Part shown: piece by piece, positions 1-12,114 of the stretch
Position numbering within the stretch: the stretch's first letter is position 1
How the letters are laid out: every line of letters starts with the position of its first letter
Source: Octopus sinensis
Lineage: Eukaryota
Direction of reading: 5' to 3'
Assembly (NCBI RefSeq): GCF_006345805.1
Contig: NC_043017.1
Coordinates: 28,458,001-28,522,000 of the forward strand
DNA length: 64,000 bases
Notes under the pieces: model-generated
Databases searched by the model: none
The model's input: the letters and a program-made list of their open reading frames with translations, nothing else
What the model was told of the DNA's origin: nothing
Program-made: the position numbers and the translations under genes

Positions 1-40
1 CCATCATGATTTTGAGTATGTGTAAATATGCCTTTATATA

Positions 41-49
41 TGTGTGTGT

Positions 50-97
<48 letters not shown>

Positions 98-105
98 GTG
101 TGTGT
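41..105. repeat. (TG)n microsatellite
   Basis: Direct reading of the sequence. Confidence 0.95.
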
Positions 106-913
106 ATCTGTTTTTGTGAAATAGTGTCAGTATTGCTGCGCTTATTGGTAATTCTTATTCGTTTCTTTATGAAGTGTGACCTTTTTTTTTTGTTATTATT
201 TCACAAGAGATATTGTCGAGATTATATTTGCGAAATCATGGATAATGAATATAATGAAATGTAAACATTTACTTGATAGAATAATATTCTGTTTTCTGAA
301 ATCGAACGGAATTCTGCGAGGAGATGAAATGTAGTAAGCATTGATCTCCGACGAAAATAAAAGCGAATTCATAAACGCAATAAAACTAAGAAAAAAAAAG
401 CTAAGATATATTTACGTTGAAAATCGGTAGCCAATGATATTTCCTTTATTCATGAGGGGATACGAACGAAAATCCAAGACGTTCTGTATATATTGTTCAA
501 TCGTTATACCATAAAACCTTTCGCATATAATCTCTAATTATTATTTTTCGTTACTGTTCAGTCTATGAGAAAGAGGCTTAATACTAAAACATTTTTACTG
601 GTTCTCTGCGAAACAGCTGGTTGTACAACTTATAGAGTATTCCCATACCAGGTGTATAGTCAGTATAGCTGCAACAAAGTTGTTTCCGTTAGGGCTAGAT
701 GTACAGAGGGCTGATTATATATCTATGAATTTTTGGTGAAATTCTTTGAAGGAATCACCTGGGGCAGATGTGGGCATGTTGTAAGAAGTTTGTCTCCTAA
801 TTAGATGGTCCTGCGTTCCGTCGTACTGCGAGGGACGTTGGTCAAGCGTCTTCTATTCGACAAACCAAAGCCTTCTGAGAGAATTTGGTTGGCAGAAACT
901 GAAAGAACCCTAA

Positions 914-1115
914 GGCAACGAGCTGGCAGAAACGTTAGCACGCCGGGCGAAATACCTAGCGGAATTTCGTCTACCGCTACGTTCTGAGTTCAAATTCCGC
1001 CGAGGTCGACTTTGCCTTTCATCCTTTCGGGTTCGATTAAATAAGTACCAGTTACGTACTGGGGTCGATATAATCGACTTAATCTGTTTGTCTGTCATTG
1101 TTTGTCCTCTCTGTT
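914..1115 (+). mobile_element. tRNA-derived SINE, family A
   Basis: Matches copies at 6305, 10969 and 39848: ggcagaaacgttagcacgccgggcgaaat...gttctgagttcaaattccgccgaggtcgactttgcctttcatcc. B-box-like GAGTTCAAATTCC. Confidence 0.85.
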
Positions 1116-1254
1116 GTCTCAGCTCAGAGCAGCGGCCATGCTGATACACCGAGTTGCTAGAAATATCAGCAGAAAATTCGACTTGAAATTGTAAGCTATT
1201 TCCAACATGTCCCGTCGCATACAAAATTGAGCCTTTCCATTTTCCCCACTGCAA

Positions 1255-1729
1255 TTTTTCTGAGGTAAAGCTAATTTCAAAATGGTAGATTCTTCTCCTT
1301 ACATTACCTTCCTCGAGCGATGATAATCTAAAATTATATTTCGGAGTCACTTTGTCTTACGTATTATAATTTTTGTCGTTGCTTTTATTTACAAGCAGAC
1401 GCGCGCACGAACATACATATGTTATATATAATTATACTATATTTAAATAAATATAAATATAAATATACGTACGTGTGTACATCTCTGTGTATTTATCTGT
1501 TTTTTCCTTATTCTTTACGTTTTGTTATTTAGATATAAAATGTCAAATTATGTTAAGATAATGAAAAATGTACTGAGTGTGTTTCACACACTTAGAATTT
1601 ACACGAGATTGCTTTTAATTTTCCGAATCAACGAAGTCAAAGAGTACATCACAAATGCATTGTGTTTAACATTCATGAAAGTGTTTATGCAATAACCACG
1701 TCATTCCATTTTTTGTCTCTGTTTTCTCT
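1255..1729 (+). repeat. ~475-bp segment, copy 1 of a local dispersed duplication
   Basis: Colinear, high-identity match to 3079-3574 with a few indels. Confidence 0.9.
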
Positions 1730-2571
1730 TTCACACATTTAAAATTTTCCTATTATTATAATAAAACAACTGCCAATGCACCACACACACATCAGCTACA
1801 CAGAAGTTATTACGAAAAAAACTGAAGAAGTTTGCAATATCTTTTAAAAGTGAAATTAAACGTAATAGGTGGGAAAATATTAATTCCTAACATTTAAACA
1901 AAATTCGTTTTCCACAGGAGATACAGTCAATTTGATAGATATTTATTTTAACCATTGCTTTAAAAGGAGGGTTAATTCGACGTTGAAGATGTTTTGGCAC
2001 GAAACACGAAGAGTATATAAATAATAAAAACGTCATTAAGTCTGAACAAGCAGAAATACCCGTCGTTGACTGGGTTCAGAAAGAGTCTTCATAAATTATA
2101 CCCTAATTTATGGAAGTTACTGCTTCGATATTATTAAATGTTTCGTAGCGGAATATTCGCAAGCCTTTATTGCCAGGCTTCAGCCCCAAAAGTTATAATA
2201 TTTTACTAATGGGTCGGCTGATAGTCAGTCTCTTCAGCTATTTTTCTTTTCCTACTCTGAGACTGCTTGCTTCGTCCAAATCTAATTCTTTTTCGAAGGC
2301 GTTGTAGTAAGGTGAATTAATCTATGAGACAGGGGACTTAACTCATGTTAGAAAACTTACAGATTTCACTGACGTGAAAATTGGTAAAAGTTATGGTTGA
2401 AAACCATTTTTTTAACACTATCCGTGTGTGCCTCAGGAAAAATAAGTCGACAAAAGCACAGCTATGGTTGTGACCAATGTCCTCCTAAAATTGAAGCGAC
2501 ATGCGTGCTAATTTGTGGACGTGCATAAAGTACATTCACGTACACACACACATCCTGCCTCTTATAAATAT

Positions 2572-2835
2572 CTCTCTCTGTAACCGCTCAGTCGAAATCG
2601 ACTCTCGGTCACTCTTTGGATCAGTGTCCTCCAGTAAGTTCTATCCTTGGCCGCTTCCTTCAGACTGGCCATGTCCATTCCGGGATCACTCCTTATGGTG
2701 TCAAGTCAGCGGGTTTCTTGGTCGGCCTCTTCTCTTGCCACTGACCATTCCGAGCATGATGTGCTTCTCCAGGGATTTTCTCCGCATAATATGACCGAAG
2801 TATGCCAATCTACACTTGGTGATCCCAGCTTCTAG
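2572..2835 (-). mobile_element. RTE (BovB-like) LINE 3' fragment, decayed
   Basis: Minus strand translates as LEAGITKCRLAYFGHIMRRKSLEKHIMLGMVSGKRRGRPR / LDTIRSDPGMDMASLKEAAKDRTYWRTLIQRVTESRFRLSG, the typical C-terminus of RTE/BovB ORF2, with a frameshift and a stop. Confidence 0.85.
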
Positions 2836-2894
2836 CGACATTTTCTAGCGACATTATAGATATAGATATTCCTATTCTCTGCCCTTCGTCAAAA

Positions 2895-3080
2895 CATTGA
2901 CGGAGTTGCTTGCAATATCGGCGGAAAAATCAACTTGGCATTGCAAATCCACAGTCTTAACGGATCAGCCTACTCGTAAAATTAATGTACATGTGGCTGA
3001 GTACTTCGCAGACACGTGTGCCCTTAACGTAATTCTCAAGGGGATTCAGCGTGACACAGAGTGAGACAAAGCTGGCCCTT
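2895..3080 (-). mobile_element. SINE 3' body fragment (module shared with 28857, 37150, 62878)
   Basis: gtggctgagtacttcgcagacacgtgtgcccttaacgtaattctc is the reverse complement of the body module of the 28857 and 37150 SINEs. Confidence 0.7.
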
Positions 3081-3574
3081 TTTCTGAGGTAAAGCTAATT
3101 TCGAAATGGTAGATTCTTCTCCTTATATTAGCGATGATAATCTAAATTTCGGAGTCACTTTATCTTACGTATTATAATTTTTGTCGTTGCTTTTATATAC
3201 AAGCAGACGCGCGCACGAACATACATATGTTATATATAATTATACTATATTTAAATAAAAATAAATATAAATATACGTACGTGTGCACATCTCTGTGTAT
3301 TTATCTGTTTAGAAAAATAATGAAGATTTTATCAAACGCATCTGTTTTTTCCTTATGCTCTACGTTTTGTTATTTAGATATAAAATGTCAAATTATGTTA
3401 AGATAATGAAAAATGTACTGAGTGTGTTTCGCAAACTTAGAATTTACACGAGATTGCTTTTAATTTTCCGAATCAACGAAGTCCGAGAGTACATCACAAA
3501 TGCACTGTGTTTAATATTCATGAAAGTGTTTATGCAATAACCACGTCATTCCATTTTTTGTCTCTGTTTTCTCT
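3079..3574 (+). repeat. ~495-bp segment, copy 2 of the local duplication
   Basis: Matches 1255-1729. Confidence 0.9.
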
Positions 3575-4800
3575 ATTTCACGTAACGTTCCAGTTCCATG
3601 AAGGTATCTTTTCTTCTTGTGAGGCAAATCTTCAAACTTGCCTATGTGGTTTGGACCACCCCGTGGCTTATATGTATTGCGTATGACTATATTGTGTTGT
3701 ATTATGTATACAATGAAAGAATCAGATACTGAATTTGAATATGACAGTTGGGCCTGAGGTGTGAGGTCCTCACGGATGTATACAGCCACTCAACCATGGT
3801 TCCTTTCCCTTCGGTCTGTTCGCAGCATGATATATTATGGTACGTGTACTTCTGCATCCTCTGTATCGAGGATCAGATGAATTTCCTCGAGTGCTATGCG
3901 TAGAGCTTGATAGCATGCAGCAAGGTCTTTCAGTAAAAAGATTTTGCTTTTGTTTTTGTGATGCAACAGGCCTCCAATATTTAGTAAAAATATTGGCGCG
4001 ACGACTGTGCAGTCGTTAGGAGAGACCATCTTGTGTCTGTTGATTGTGGTGGTTTTGCGTATTAGTAGTAGGCAAGGTTCCGTGTTTGCGCATGATGTAG
4101 CCAGGTCAGCTAATGCACAATATTTTGCGCCAAGCACAAAGAAGATTCCTGACTTGCGTATAATATCTGAAGAGCACACTGCATTTGTATACATTCTATT
4201 TGGAGAGTATTGGTGCTTCTCCTTAGGGAAGTATTTCTCTTTAAGACCCCTGCAGTTTTGGCGAGGTCTTGAGTGAACAAACCTGCAGTTTGTACCGTCT
4301 TCCCCATGCCAACATTTGCCTTGCAGGTAAAATTTGCATGTCCTTGACTTCATTCCAAATAGTTTTATCTCCTCTAAAATTTTGAATTCCATTGTATCTT
4401 CCATAATTGAGTTGTACTGTGTTTTTTGTTTGGGGGTTTTAAGTTTCCGTTTTAGTTGTTTCATATTTTCCTTTTCCTTTCTCTCTGCTCCCTTCTTTGT
4501 GTTTGTGCCCGTGGTCTTTCCTTACTTTACTGGTAGTAGGACTTGCATTCTTCTAGTTGAGGGCTCCATTCCTTTGTAGGACCACTGGCAGGGAGGGAAT
4601 TGTAGTTGTTGCTTCTTCAGCTTCTCTATTCTTATCAATCTGGTTGTTTATAGGGATAGGGGATCGATTCTTTTGTGGGACCACTAGATCAGCAGGACTT
4701 CTGGTTCTGGCTCCATCTTCCCTATCTCTATTGGCCTTACCACTGTTATTTTCCATGATGACACCAAGAGTGTCAATGTGTGGTCTAATAAGGTCGTAGG
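3575..4800 (-). mobile_element. 5' part of a decayed CR1/jockey-group LINE: ORF1 with CCCH zinc finger, then ORF2 AP endonuclease N-terminus
   Basis: ORF 3835-4464 has CKFYLQGKCWHGEDGTNCRFVH (CCCH) then LLNIGGLL...KIFLLKDLA...EIHL..DTEDAEVHVP. ORF 3511-3789 continues with AVYIREDL...YSNSVSDS. Both fit an APE domain broken by stops and frameshifts. Confidence 0.75.
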
Positions 4801-4885
4801 AGCGGATAAATTCATTTTTTTCTAAATATATAAATATATATTATATATATATGTATACTCACACACATCCACACCGGCTTCTTTC

Positions 4886-5025
4886 AGTTTCCATCTACCA
4901 AATCCACTCACAAGTCTATGGTCGGTCCGAGGCTATTATAGTAGGAGACACTTGCCCAAGGTGCCACGCAGTGGGACTGAACTCGGAAACATGTTGTTGG
5001 TAAGCAGGCTACTTACCACGCAGCC
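4886..5025 (-). mobile_element. SINE family B, 5' part
   Basis: Matches full copies at 20574, 56900 and 59159. Confidence 0.85.
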
Positions 5026-5176
5026 ATTTATGTACCTATACCCATAGCCACTACTGCAACTAAATACACACACACACTCAAACATATACGCACACACATA
5101 CATACACACTCACGTCTGCGCAGAGTTGTGTCGTTTCAAGTTTGCTTTGCTGCCATAGGGTTATATATATATATAT

Positions 5177-5476
5177 TGTTTGTTCCTTCTCGAGCGATGC
5201 CTGGATCATAAGGGCCGTATTACCGGTTTCCTTGGTGTATACGTTCCCCACCTGGACGGAACACTGGTCCGTCGCAGGTGAGCTGCAAGATGCGGGAGGC
5301 AAGAGTGAGAGAAAGTTGTGGCGAAAGAGTGAGCAGAAGTTCGCCATTACCTTCTGCCGGAGCCGTGTGGAGCTTAGGTATTTCGCTCATAAACACACAT
5401 CGCCCGGTCTGAGATTCGAAACCACGATCCCTCGACCGCGAGTCCGCTGCTCTAACCACTAGGCCATGTGCTTACA
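5177..5476 (-). mobile_element. tRNA-derived SINE family C (tail type iv)
   Basis: Reverse complement of the 54358 copy. A box tggcctagtgg, B box gtttcgaatc. Confidence 0.9.
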
Positions 5477-5481
5477 CACAC

Positions 5482-5523
<42 letters not shown>

Positions 5524-5985
5524 CGAGCGTCTTTTAGCTTTCGTTAGCTACTGACTAGGCTTTGTTATATTAAAGGACACCTGCTACTATTTCTACTCCA
5601 CAACACTGCAAATTAGAAATCGTTTATTTTGTTTGGCGCAGAACATAAAAATAACAAATCCAGCAATTAAATTTCACATTGACAATAGCATAATTCTTAC
5701 TAATGTCTCCTATCTTGATATGACTATTAACAATGAAACCAGGAAAGAGGAATACAAACAAACGTGCTAGAAACCAATTTATCTTAAAAATCATTATGCT
5801 GAAAAGTAGTCATTATCACCATTTTTGCACTTAACAACTCGACAATACTCTTATCTTCACTCGCAAATGTGAAATGCTAGAATCATTATGCTTGACAGCG
5901 GCAGCATCAAACAAAATATCCCATAAAAATAACCTGCCGCGGAGCAAATATCTTGGCAGTTGCAATAGCAAAAGCAATACTACTG

Positions 5986-6054
5986 TTATTATTATTATTA
6001 TTATTAGTAGTAGTAGTAGTATTACTACTATTTTTGTTGTAGTTGTTGTTCTTC

Positions 6055-6100
<46 letters not shown>

Positions 6101-6269
6101 TGATAATAATGATAATAATAATGATAATAATGAGGAGAAGAAGAAGAAGAAGAAGAAGAAGAAGAAGAAGAAGAAGAAGAAGAAGAAGAAGAAGAAGAAG
6201 AAGGAGGAGGAGAAGAAGAAGAAGGAGGAGGAGAAGAAGTTGAAGAAGGAGTACAAGAAAAAGAACAAG

Positions 6270-6299
<30 letters not shown>
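5986..6299. repeat. Compound triplet microsatellite (ATT/AGT/AAT/GAT/AAG)
   Basis: Direct reading. It explains the poly-N/K/S/F ORFs in the track. Confidence 0.95.
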
Positions 6300-6300
<1 letters not shown>

Positions 6301-6304
6301 CGAG

Positions 6305-6800
6305 ATGGCAGAATTGTTTGAACACCTGGCAAAATGCCTAGCGGTATTTCGTCTGCCGTTACGTTCTGAGTTCAAATTCCGCCGAGGTCGACTTTGCCTT
6401 TCACCCTTTCGGGGTCGATAAATTAAGTACAAGTTACACACTGGGGTCGATATAATCGACTTAATCCGTTTGTATGTCCTTGTTTGTCCCCTCTGTGTTT
6501 AGCCCCTTGTGGGTAATAACGAAATAAAAATAGGTATTTCGTCTGCCGTTACGTTCTGAGTTCAAATTCCGCCGAGGTCGACTTTGCCTTTCATCCTTTC
6601 GTGGTCGATAAATTAAGTACCAGTTACGCACTGGGGTCGATATAATCGACTTAATTCCTTTGTCTGTCTTCGTTTGCCCTCTCTGTGTTTAGCCCCTTGT
6701 GGGTAGTAAAGAAATAGGTATTTCGACCATCCTCACGTTCTAAGTTCAAATTCCGTCCAGGTCGAATTAATCGATGTAATCGACTCATTACCTTCTCCAA
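6305..6800 (+). mobile_element. Head-to-tail array of SINE family A (~2.5 units, period ~190-200 bp)
   Basis: After each tail (ccccttgtgggta.taa.gaaata) the sequence restarts at ggtatttcg. Confidence 0.85.
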
Positions 6801-6845
6801 AATTTCTACCCTTATGACAAAATTTGAAATCGTTATTATTATGCT

Positions 6846-6992
6846 TAAGGCGACGAGCTGACAGATTTGGCATGACCGACAAAATACCTTGCAACATTTC
6901 TTTTGGTTTTACGTTCTGAGTTCAATTGCCACCAAGGTCGATTTCGCCTTTCATCCATTCGGATCGATAAAAAAGCAATATTTGAGCACTGG
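6846..6992 (+). mobile_element. Diverged SINE family A
   Basis: aaggcgacgagctgacaga...gttctgagttcaattgccaccaaggtcgatttcgcctttcatcc. Confidence 0.7.
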
Positions 6993-7104
6993 TAAGCTCT
7001 AAATAAAGTTAAAGAAAAATAAATTTTAAAGAAAGAAACAGCTTAAGCTAAAGATGCAACAAAAGTAATGAAAATAATCTACAAACACTAGCTCACTATA
7101 TATA

Positions 7105-7327
7105 CTCTTTACTCTGCTCTTTTACTCTTTTACTTATTTCAGTCATTTCACTGTGGCCATGCTTGTGCACTGCTTTTAGTCGTGCAAATCGACCCAAGGA
7201 CTTATTCTTTGTAAGCCTAGTACTTATTCTATCGTTTTTGTTTTTGCCGAACCGCTAAGGTACGGGGACGTAAACACACCAGTATCGGTTGTCAACCGAT
7301 GACGGAAGGACAAACACAGACACACAA

Positions 7328-7361
<34 letters not shown>

Positions 7362-7478
7362 CATATATACGACGGGTTTCTTTCAGTTTCCGTCTACCAA
7401 ATCCACTCACAAGGCTTTGGCCGGCCCGAAGCTATAGTAGAAGATACTTGCCCAAGGTGCCACGCACTGGGACTGAAA
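7105..7478 (-). mobile_element. SINE family B, 5'-truncated
   Basis: Reverse complement of 20574-20975, including the internal (CA)/(TA) run and the ctcttttactc tail. Confidence 0.9.
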
Positions 7479-7780
7479 GGACAGGTAAATCGGAGTTGCG
7501 AGAATTAGTCTAATTAATTACATTTGTTGAATGCAACATCAGAGCAGAGAATAAGACCAAGCGGTGTCAAATACATTCAACACTCACGTGTTGTGCGTTG
7601 AGCATTTAATTTTGATAGTGTTGTAAAGAAATCATATATATTTGGTAGTTAATGTACTGAAGGTTTATTTTGGGTTGGTGCGTTTCTATAGTGGTCCCAA
7701 AGGCTATTATCGAATTTTTAGTAATGTTTATAATTTCATTTCATTTTCTAAGTTCCTACTTATTCGATTTCGATAAAAAA

Positions 7781-7816
<36 letters not shown>

Positions 7817-8637
7817 TAATAAAAACCAGAAAATTCCTTCAAGCATTTTCACAATCTAAAAAGTGGTATACTTTATCTGTCACCCATGTGGAAAATGATG
7901 AAATACATGTTATTGTTTTTAATAATAAATAAAAAATATATAATGAAAAATAAAGTATTATCTTTATTATATCATCATAGTTATTATCATCACTAACATT
8001 ATTATTATTATTGTTATTATTATTACTATTACTATTATTATTATCACCATCATCAATATTACTATTACTATTTTCATAAGAGTGTTATTGTTATTTTGAA
8101 ACGAACCTACTGTTTTGTTTGAGTTCCATGAAGAAGTAATTCTTAAGCGGATTCCTTTAGGGCAAAACGTTTTTCTGTAAAAGTCAATCGATTTTTATGA
8201 AATTTTTGAAGGTCCACACCGTTTAAAGGAATTAAAGGAAATATTTGTCTTCAGATGCTTATATGCGCAGTATACACGTTTGGCAAATAATCGCTTGTAA
8301 CATTTTTTTTCTTGCTTTAAAATGGTACCCAAAGAATTGGAATGTGGTGATGGTCTAGCTGGTGATATCTCTTACCGCAATAATTTATGCTTAAAATGAA
8401 TCGAATCATTTCTAAAAATTATTTTAATAAATCATCAGAGTTATTGATACGTTGGAGGTAAAATGAGGGTCTCTGCGCATGAAAAATGGGAAAGACAAAG
8501 AAAATGAAGCAAGCACAAGTATAGTATGATCGAAATCTCTCTCCTTGCAGGTTGAACTTTTCGATGAAAGAAAATGACGTGCAGGTGTTTTCAGAAGAAA
8601 GAGAAGAGACTTTATTAGGCGCATCGTAACAGGAAAT

Positions 8638-8797
8638 ATATATTTCTTTACTACCCACAAGGGGCTAAAAGAAAAGGGGACAAACAAGGACAGACAAACG
8701 GGTTAAGTCGATTATATCGACCCAGTGCGTAACTGGTACTTATTTAATCGACCCCGAAAGGATGAAAGGTAAAGTTGACCTCGGCGGAATTTGAACG
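8638..8797 (-). mobile_element. SINE family A, 5'-truncated
   Basis: tatttctttactacccacaaggggctaaa...cctcggcggaatttgaac. Confidence 0.9.
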
Positions 8798-10217
8798 GGA
8801 GGCTCTTACCGCGTTTTAGCTTGAAGAATAAGCAAATGCAAGCATATATTAAATATAATGCTAGAGACTCAATGGAGGGCATAAGTAAAGTGACTGTATT
8901 ATAAGCTATCCTATTGGAAGCGGGAGTACTACATGGTTCTCAGAGAAAGAATGTTCACAACCTGAGATATTGGCCTTAATATTCGAGTTTGGTTTCTTGG
9001 CAAACACATGCAACACTAGGTTCAACGATGGTGCGATCGCGATATACACATAATGAACACATAGGCGACCATATCCTGATGATTTCGATGACAATTATGG
9101 TGAAGAGATACATCATTAAAGGAACGCAAAGAAAGGTTAATCAACCTAGTGTTTGGTTCAGCGAAAAAGAATGGATTTACAAAACAAGCGTCTGTAAAGG
9201 CAATTTGACAATCATTTACCTGAAATAAGACGAAAGCAAAACAAAAATGAGAAGTGGCCGCAGAACACAGGAGCAGAAAGTTTAACAATTTACAGCCCCC
9301 AGAATTAACACCTCTTGTCATTACTATGACATTTTCTAGCTCAGATCTATGAAGAACTGGAAGCCAGGCATGTTGCCTCATCCTCCGTAATGCAAACCAG
9401 TAGAATCGAAGATTATTTAAGAAAATGGTGTGTTTCTTGACTCTGTAGAATTTCGACCAGAGGCTATAATCAACAGCATAATGGATTCATCATACAGTAA
9501 TTCATAGTCGTGTCATAGTAATGGCGGCCAGAGGCGTTAATTCTCGTGCTTGCAACTGTTACTCCTTTTGCTTCCACCTTTCATTTTGCTTTGCTTTTCG
9601 TCTTCTTTTTCTTTCGGGTAACTAGTTGTTAGATGACCTTTACAAAACCACGCGTAGTAACTCTGCTGTTCTGCCCTAAAGAAGGACATAGAAGCGATAG
9701 AATGCTGGAATACCCTTGGGGAGAATAAAAAAAAAGTGCATGGAGGAAATATGAAAGAGAATAGGGTTCAAAGTAAGTAGGCGGCTGCAAGCTTTTCTGA
9801 AAATTCATCCACACACACGAAGTAGTAGAACTATGAGAATTAGAAGAAAGAACTTAGGTTAATGGTAACAGTAAAATAGGACAAACCAAATAACATACTG
9901 ATTGGAGAGAAGATGGTAGGACCAATAGTCCTTAAATGATTGGCATTTTTTAAATCCCACATCAGCAGTCTATCAACACACGAATCATAAGGGCTCATAA
10001 AAATCTAAAAATACTAACGAATGATTTCCAAGTACTCAGTTGGTTATCGGAGCGGAAACTGGTCAGTAACTGGTTTGCTTCTGATTCTCCCGGCATAGCT
10101 GATGCGCATGCCTGTGTCCGTGGGTTGATGTCAATCATTTGTACTTGGTTTCTGTTCCAGTTATTTGAACGGCTTCAATATATTCGATTGCTTTTCCCAT
10201 ACCTTTCGTTTATCACA

Positions 10218-10218
<1 letters not shown>

Positions 10219-10258
<40 letters not shown>

Positions 10259-10352
10259 GTCCACCTATCCATCCATCCATCCATCCATCTATCTATCCAC
10301 CTATCCATCCATTTATCTATCTATCCACTTATCCATCCATCTATCTATCTAT
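10219..10352. repeat. (TATC)n/(CATC)n tetranucleotide microsatellite
   Basis: Direct reading. Confidence 0.95.
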
Positions 10353-10968
10353 CTTCAAACATACAGATATACATACATACACACTGAGACATATATATAT
10401 GTGTATAATTTTGTGTGTGCTTTTTGTGTGTATGTGTGTGTATGCCTATGTGTGTAAATTCCCAAATGTTTCGATAGTGAGTTCTTAGGGGGTTTGTTGG
10501 TAGAAATGGCGTAACTAGAAACATAAATAGCTTCCGGGTATTTGGAAGTTTTCCCCAGTATCCTGAGGTTGCAATAAATATTTGATGAAATTTTATTTGA
10601 CAAATTGTTACTTTTTACTGCAGATATTTGAGTTTTTGTACTTTGGTCCGAAACGACGCTAAAATCACGGCAAGGATTTCTCACTAAGGCCAGTAATACT
10701 GTAGTCTTAAACCGTAAACAAACACGAATCAATTATAGCTAAAAATCTAAATGGCTCTATAAAACAATATTAAAATGAAGGAAACAGACACAGCTTGAAG
10801 CATAAACAATTAGAAGTGTAAAATAGAAATCAAAATAAGTTGAAAAATATTAATTGCAATGAAAAGAAATAAATCTAGGTAACGCTGCAAACTACAGTAA
10901 CCGCATCAACAACATCACCACGTCATTGGTAGAAAATATTTTCACTATAAAGGGCTCCTCAATATATA

Positions 10969-11204
10969 TATTTCTTTATTGCCCACAAGGGGCTAAACAT
11001 GGAGGGGACAAACAAGGACAGACAAAGGGATTAAGTCGATTATATCAACCCCAGTGCGAAACTGGTACTTTATTTATCGACCCCGAAACGATGAAAGGCA
11101 AAGTCGACCTCCGGTGAAATTTGAACTCAGAACGTAGCGGCAGATGAAATACCGCTAAGCATTTCGCCCGAGGTGCTAACGATTCTGCAAGTTCGCCGCC
11201 TCAG
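10969..11204 (-). mobile_element. Full-length SINE family A with 17-bp TSD
   Basis: Flanked by the direct repeat aagggctcctcaatata at 10950-10966 and 11208-11224. Confidence 0.9.
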
Positions 11205-11299
11205 TATAAGGGCTCCTCAATATAAGCAAGCCCCATGAAAGAAAGAAAATAGGGGAAATGCGCAACAGAAAGACAGAGACACTGCGCCAGATTATCTTG

Positions 11300-11705
11300 C
11301 TAGAAATAGCACAGATAAAAGAGATACAGTTCTCGTGGTTTGCGTTAAAGAGAGCCTAACTACTCCCACATTTTGCGGCGCAGTGTAACCAAAAGCGGGT
11401 ATCTTATAGTCGTGATTCATATCAAGCCCTTCTGGGTATTAGCGCGCGTCTACGATGAGTCTACGATTAAAAAAAAAAAAATTTACATAATTTTTCCGTA
11501 TTTTTAATGCATTTTCGCTCGGTTTATATAAGGGAAGTAACTCTCTAAAAATGTATTATTAAATCTCAGAACGTAAAAAGCTACAGTAACCCCCCCCCCT
11601 TTGTGGTTAGCCATATTGAGATGGCTATTATACTTTACATCTCTAAAAATGCTTATATAGTTATTTCCCTTACAAACCCGAGCAACGCCGAGCGATACTG
11701 CTAGT
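11300..11705 (-). mobile_element. Non-autonomous Helitron/Helentron-type element
   Basis: Reverse complement of 52897-53285. It starts ACTAGC..TCGC.CGGCGTTGCTCGGG, the 5' end style of Lep1/HINE-like rolling-circle elements. Confidence 0.65.
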
Positions 11706-12114
11706 GTAATATAAAAGATGATTTTGTTGTCTTAAGCTAAACATGATACTTATGCTCAGGTAATAATTGCACATTGATCGCCTGCTACAGACTGACGCTA
11801 GTTTACACGGGTAAAACAGGGACAGAAACGATTAAAGGTGAAGTCCAAATATTCTCGTGAAAGCAACTGATAAAAAGATAATGTTAACAAGGGCACTCAG
11901 AGCACGCAAAGCTCCGCCAAGGCAACACAAACGTTCTGTCAACAATTAACCGAAGATGATTGTTAAAATGAGAATATCTGAAATGAACTCGGCTGCTCTC
12001 GCAAACGAGAATACTAAGAATGAACCCGGCCGCTCTCAAAAATTAAGTAAAAGAGCTGGAAAGATCATCCAGGATCCTTGCCCGGTACCGGATCGATCCC
12101 GATATCTAATCAGT

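Noticed and set aside
5831-6441. Overlapping poly-K/N/S/F/L ORFs
   Set aside because: Compound triplet repeat open in several frames.
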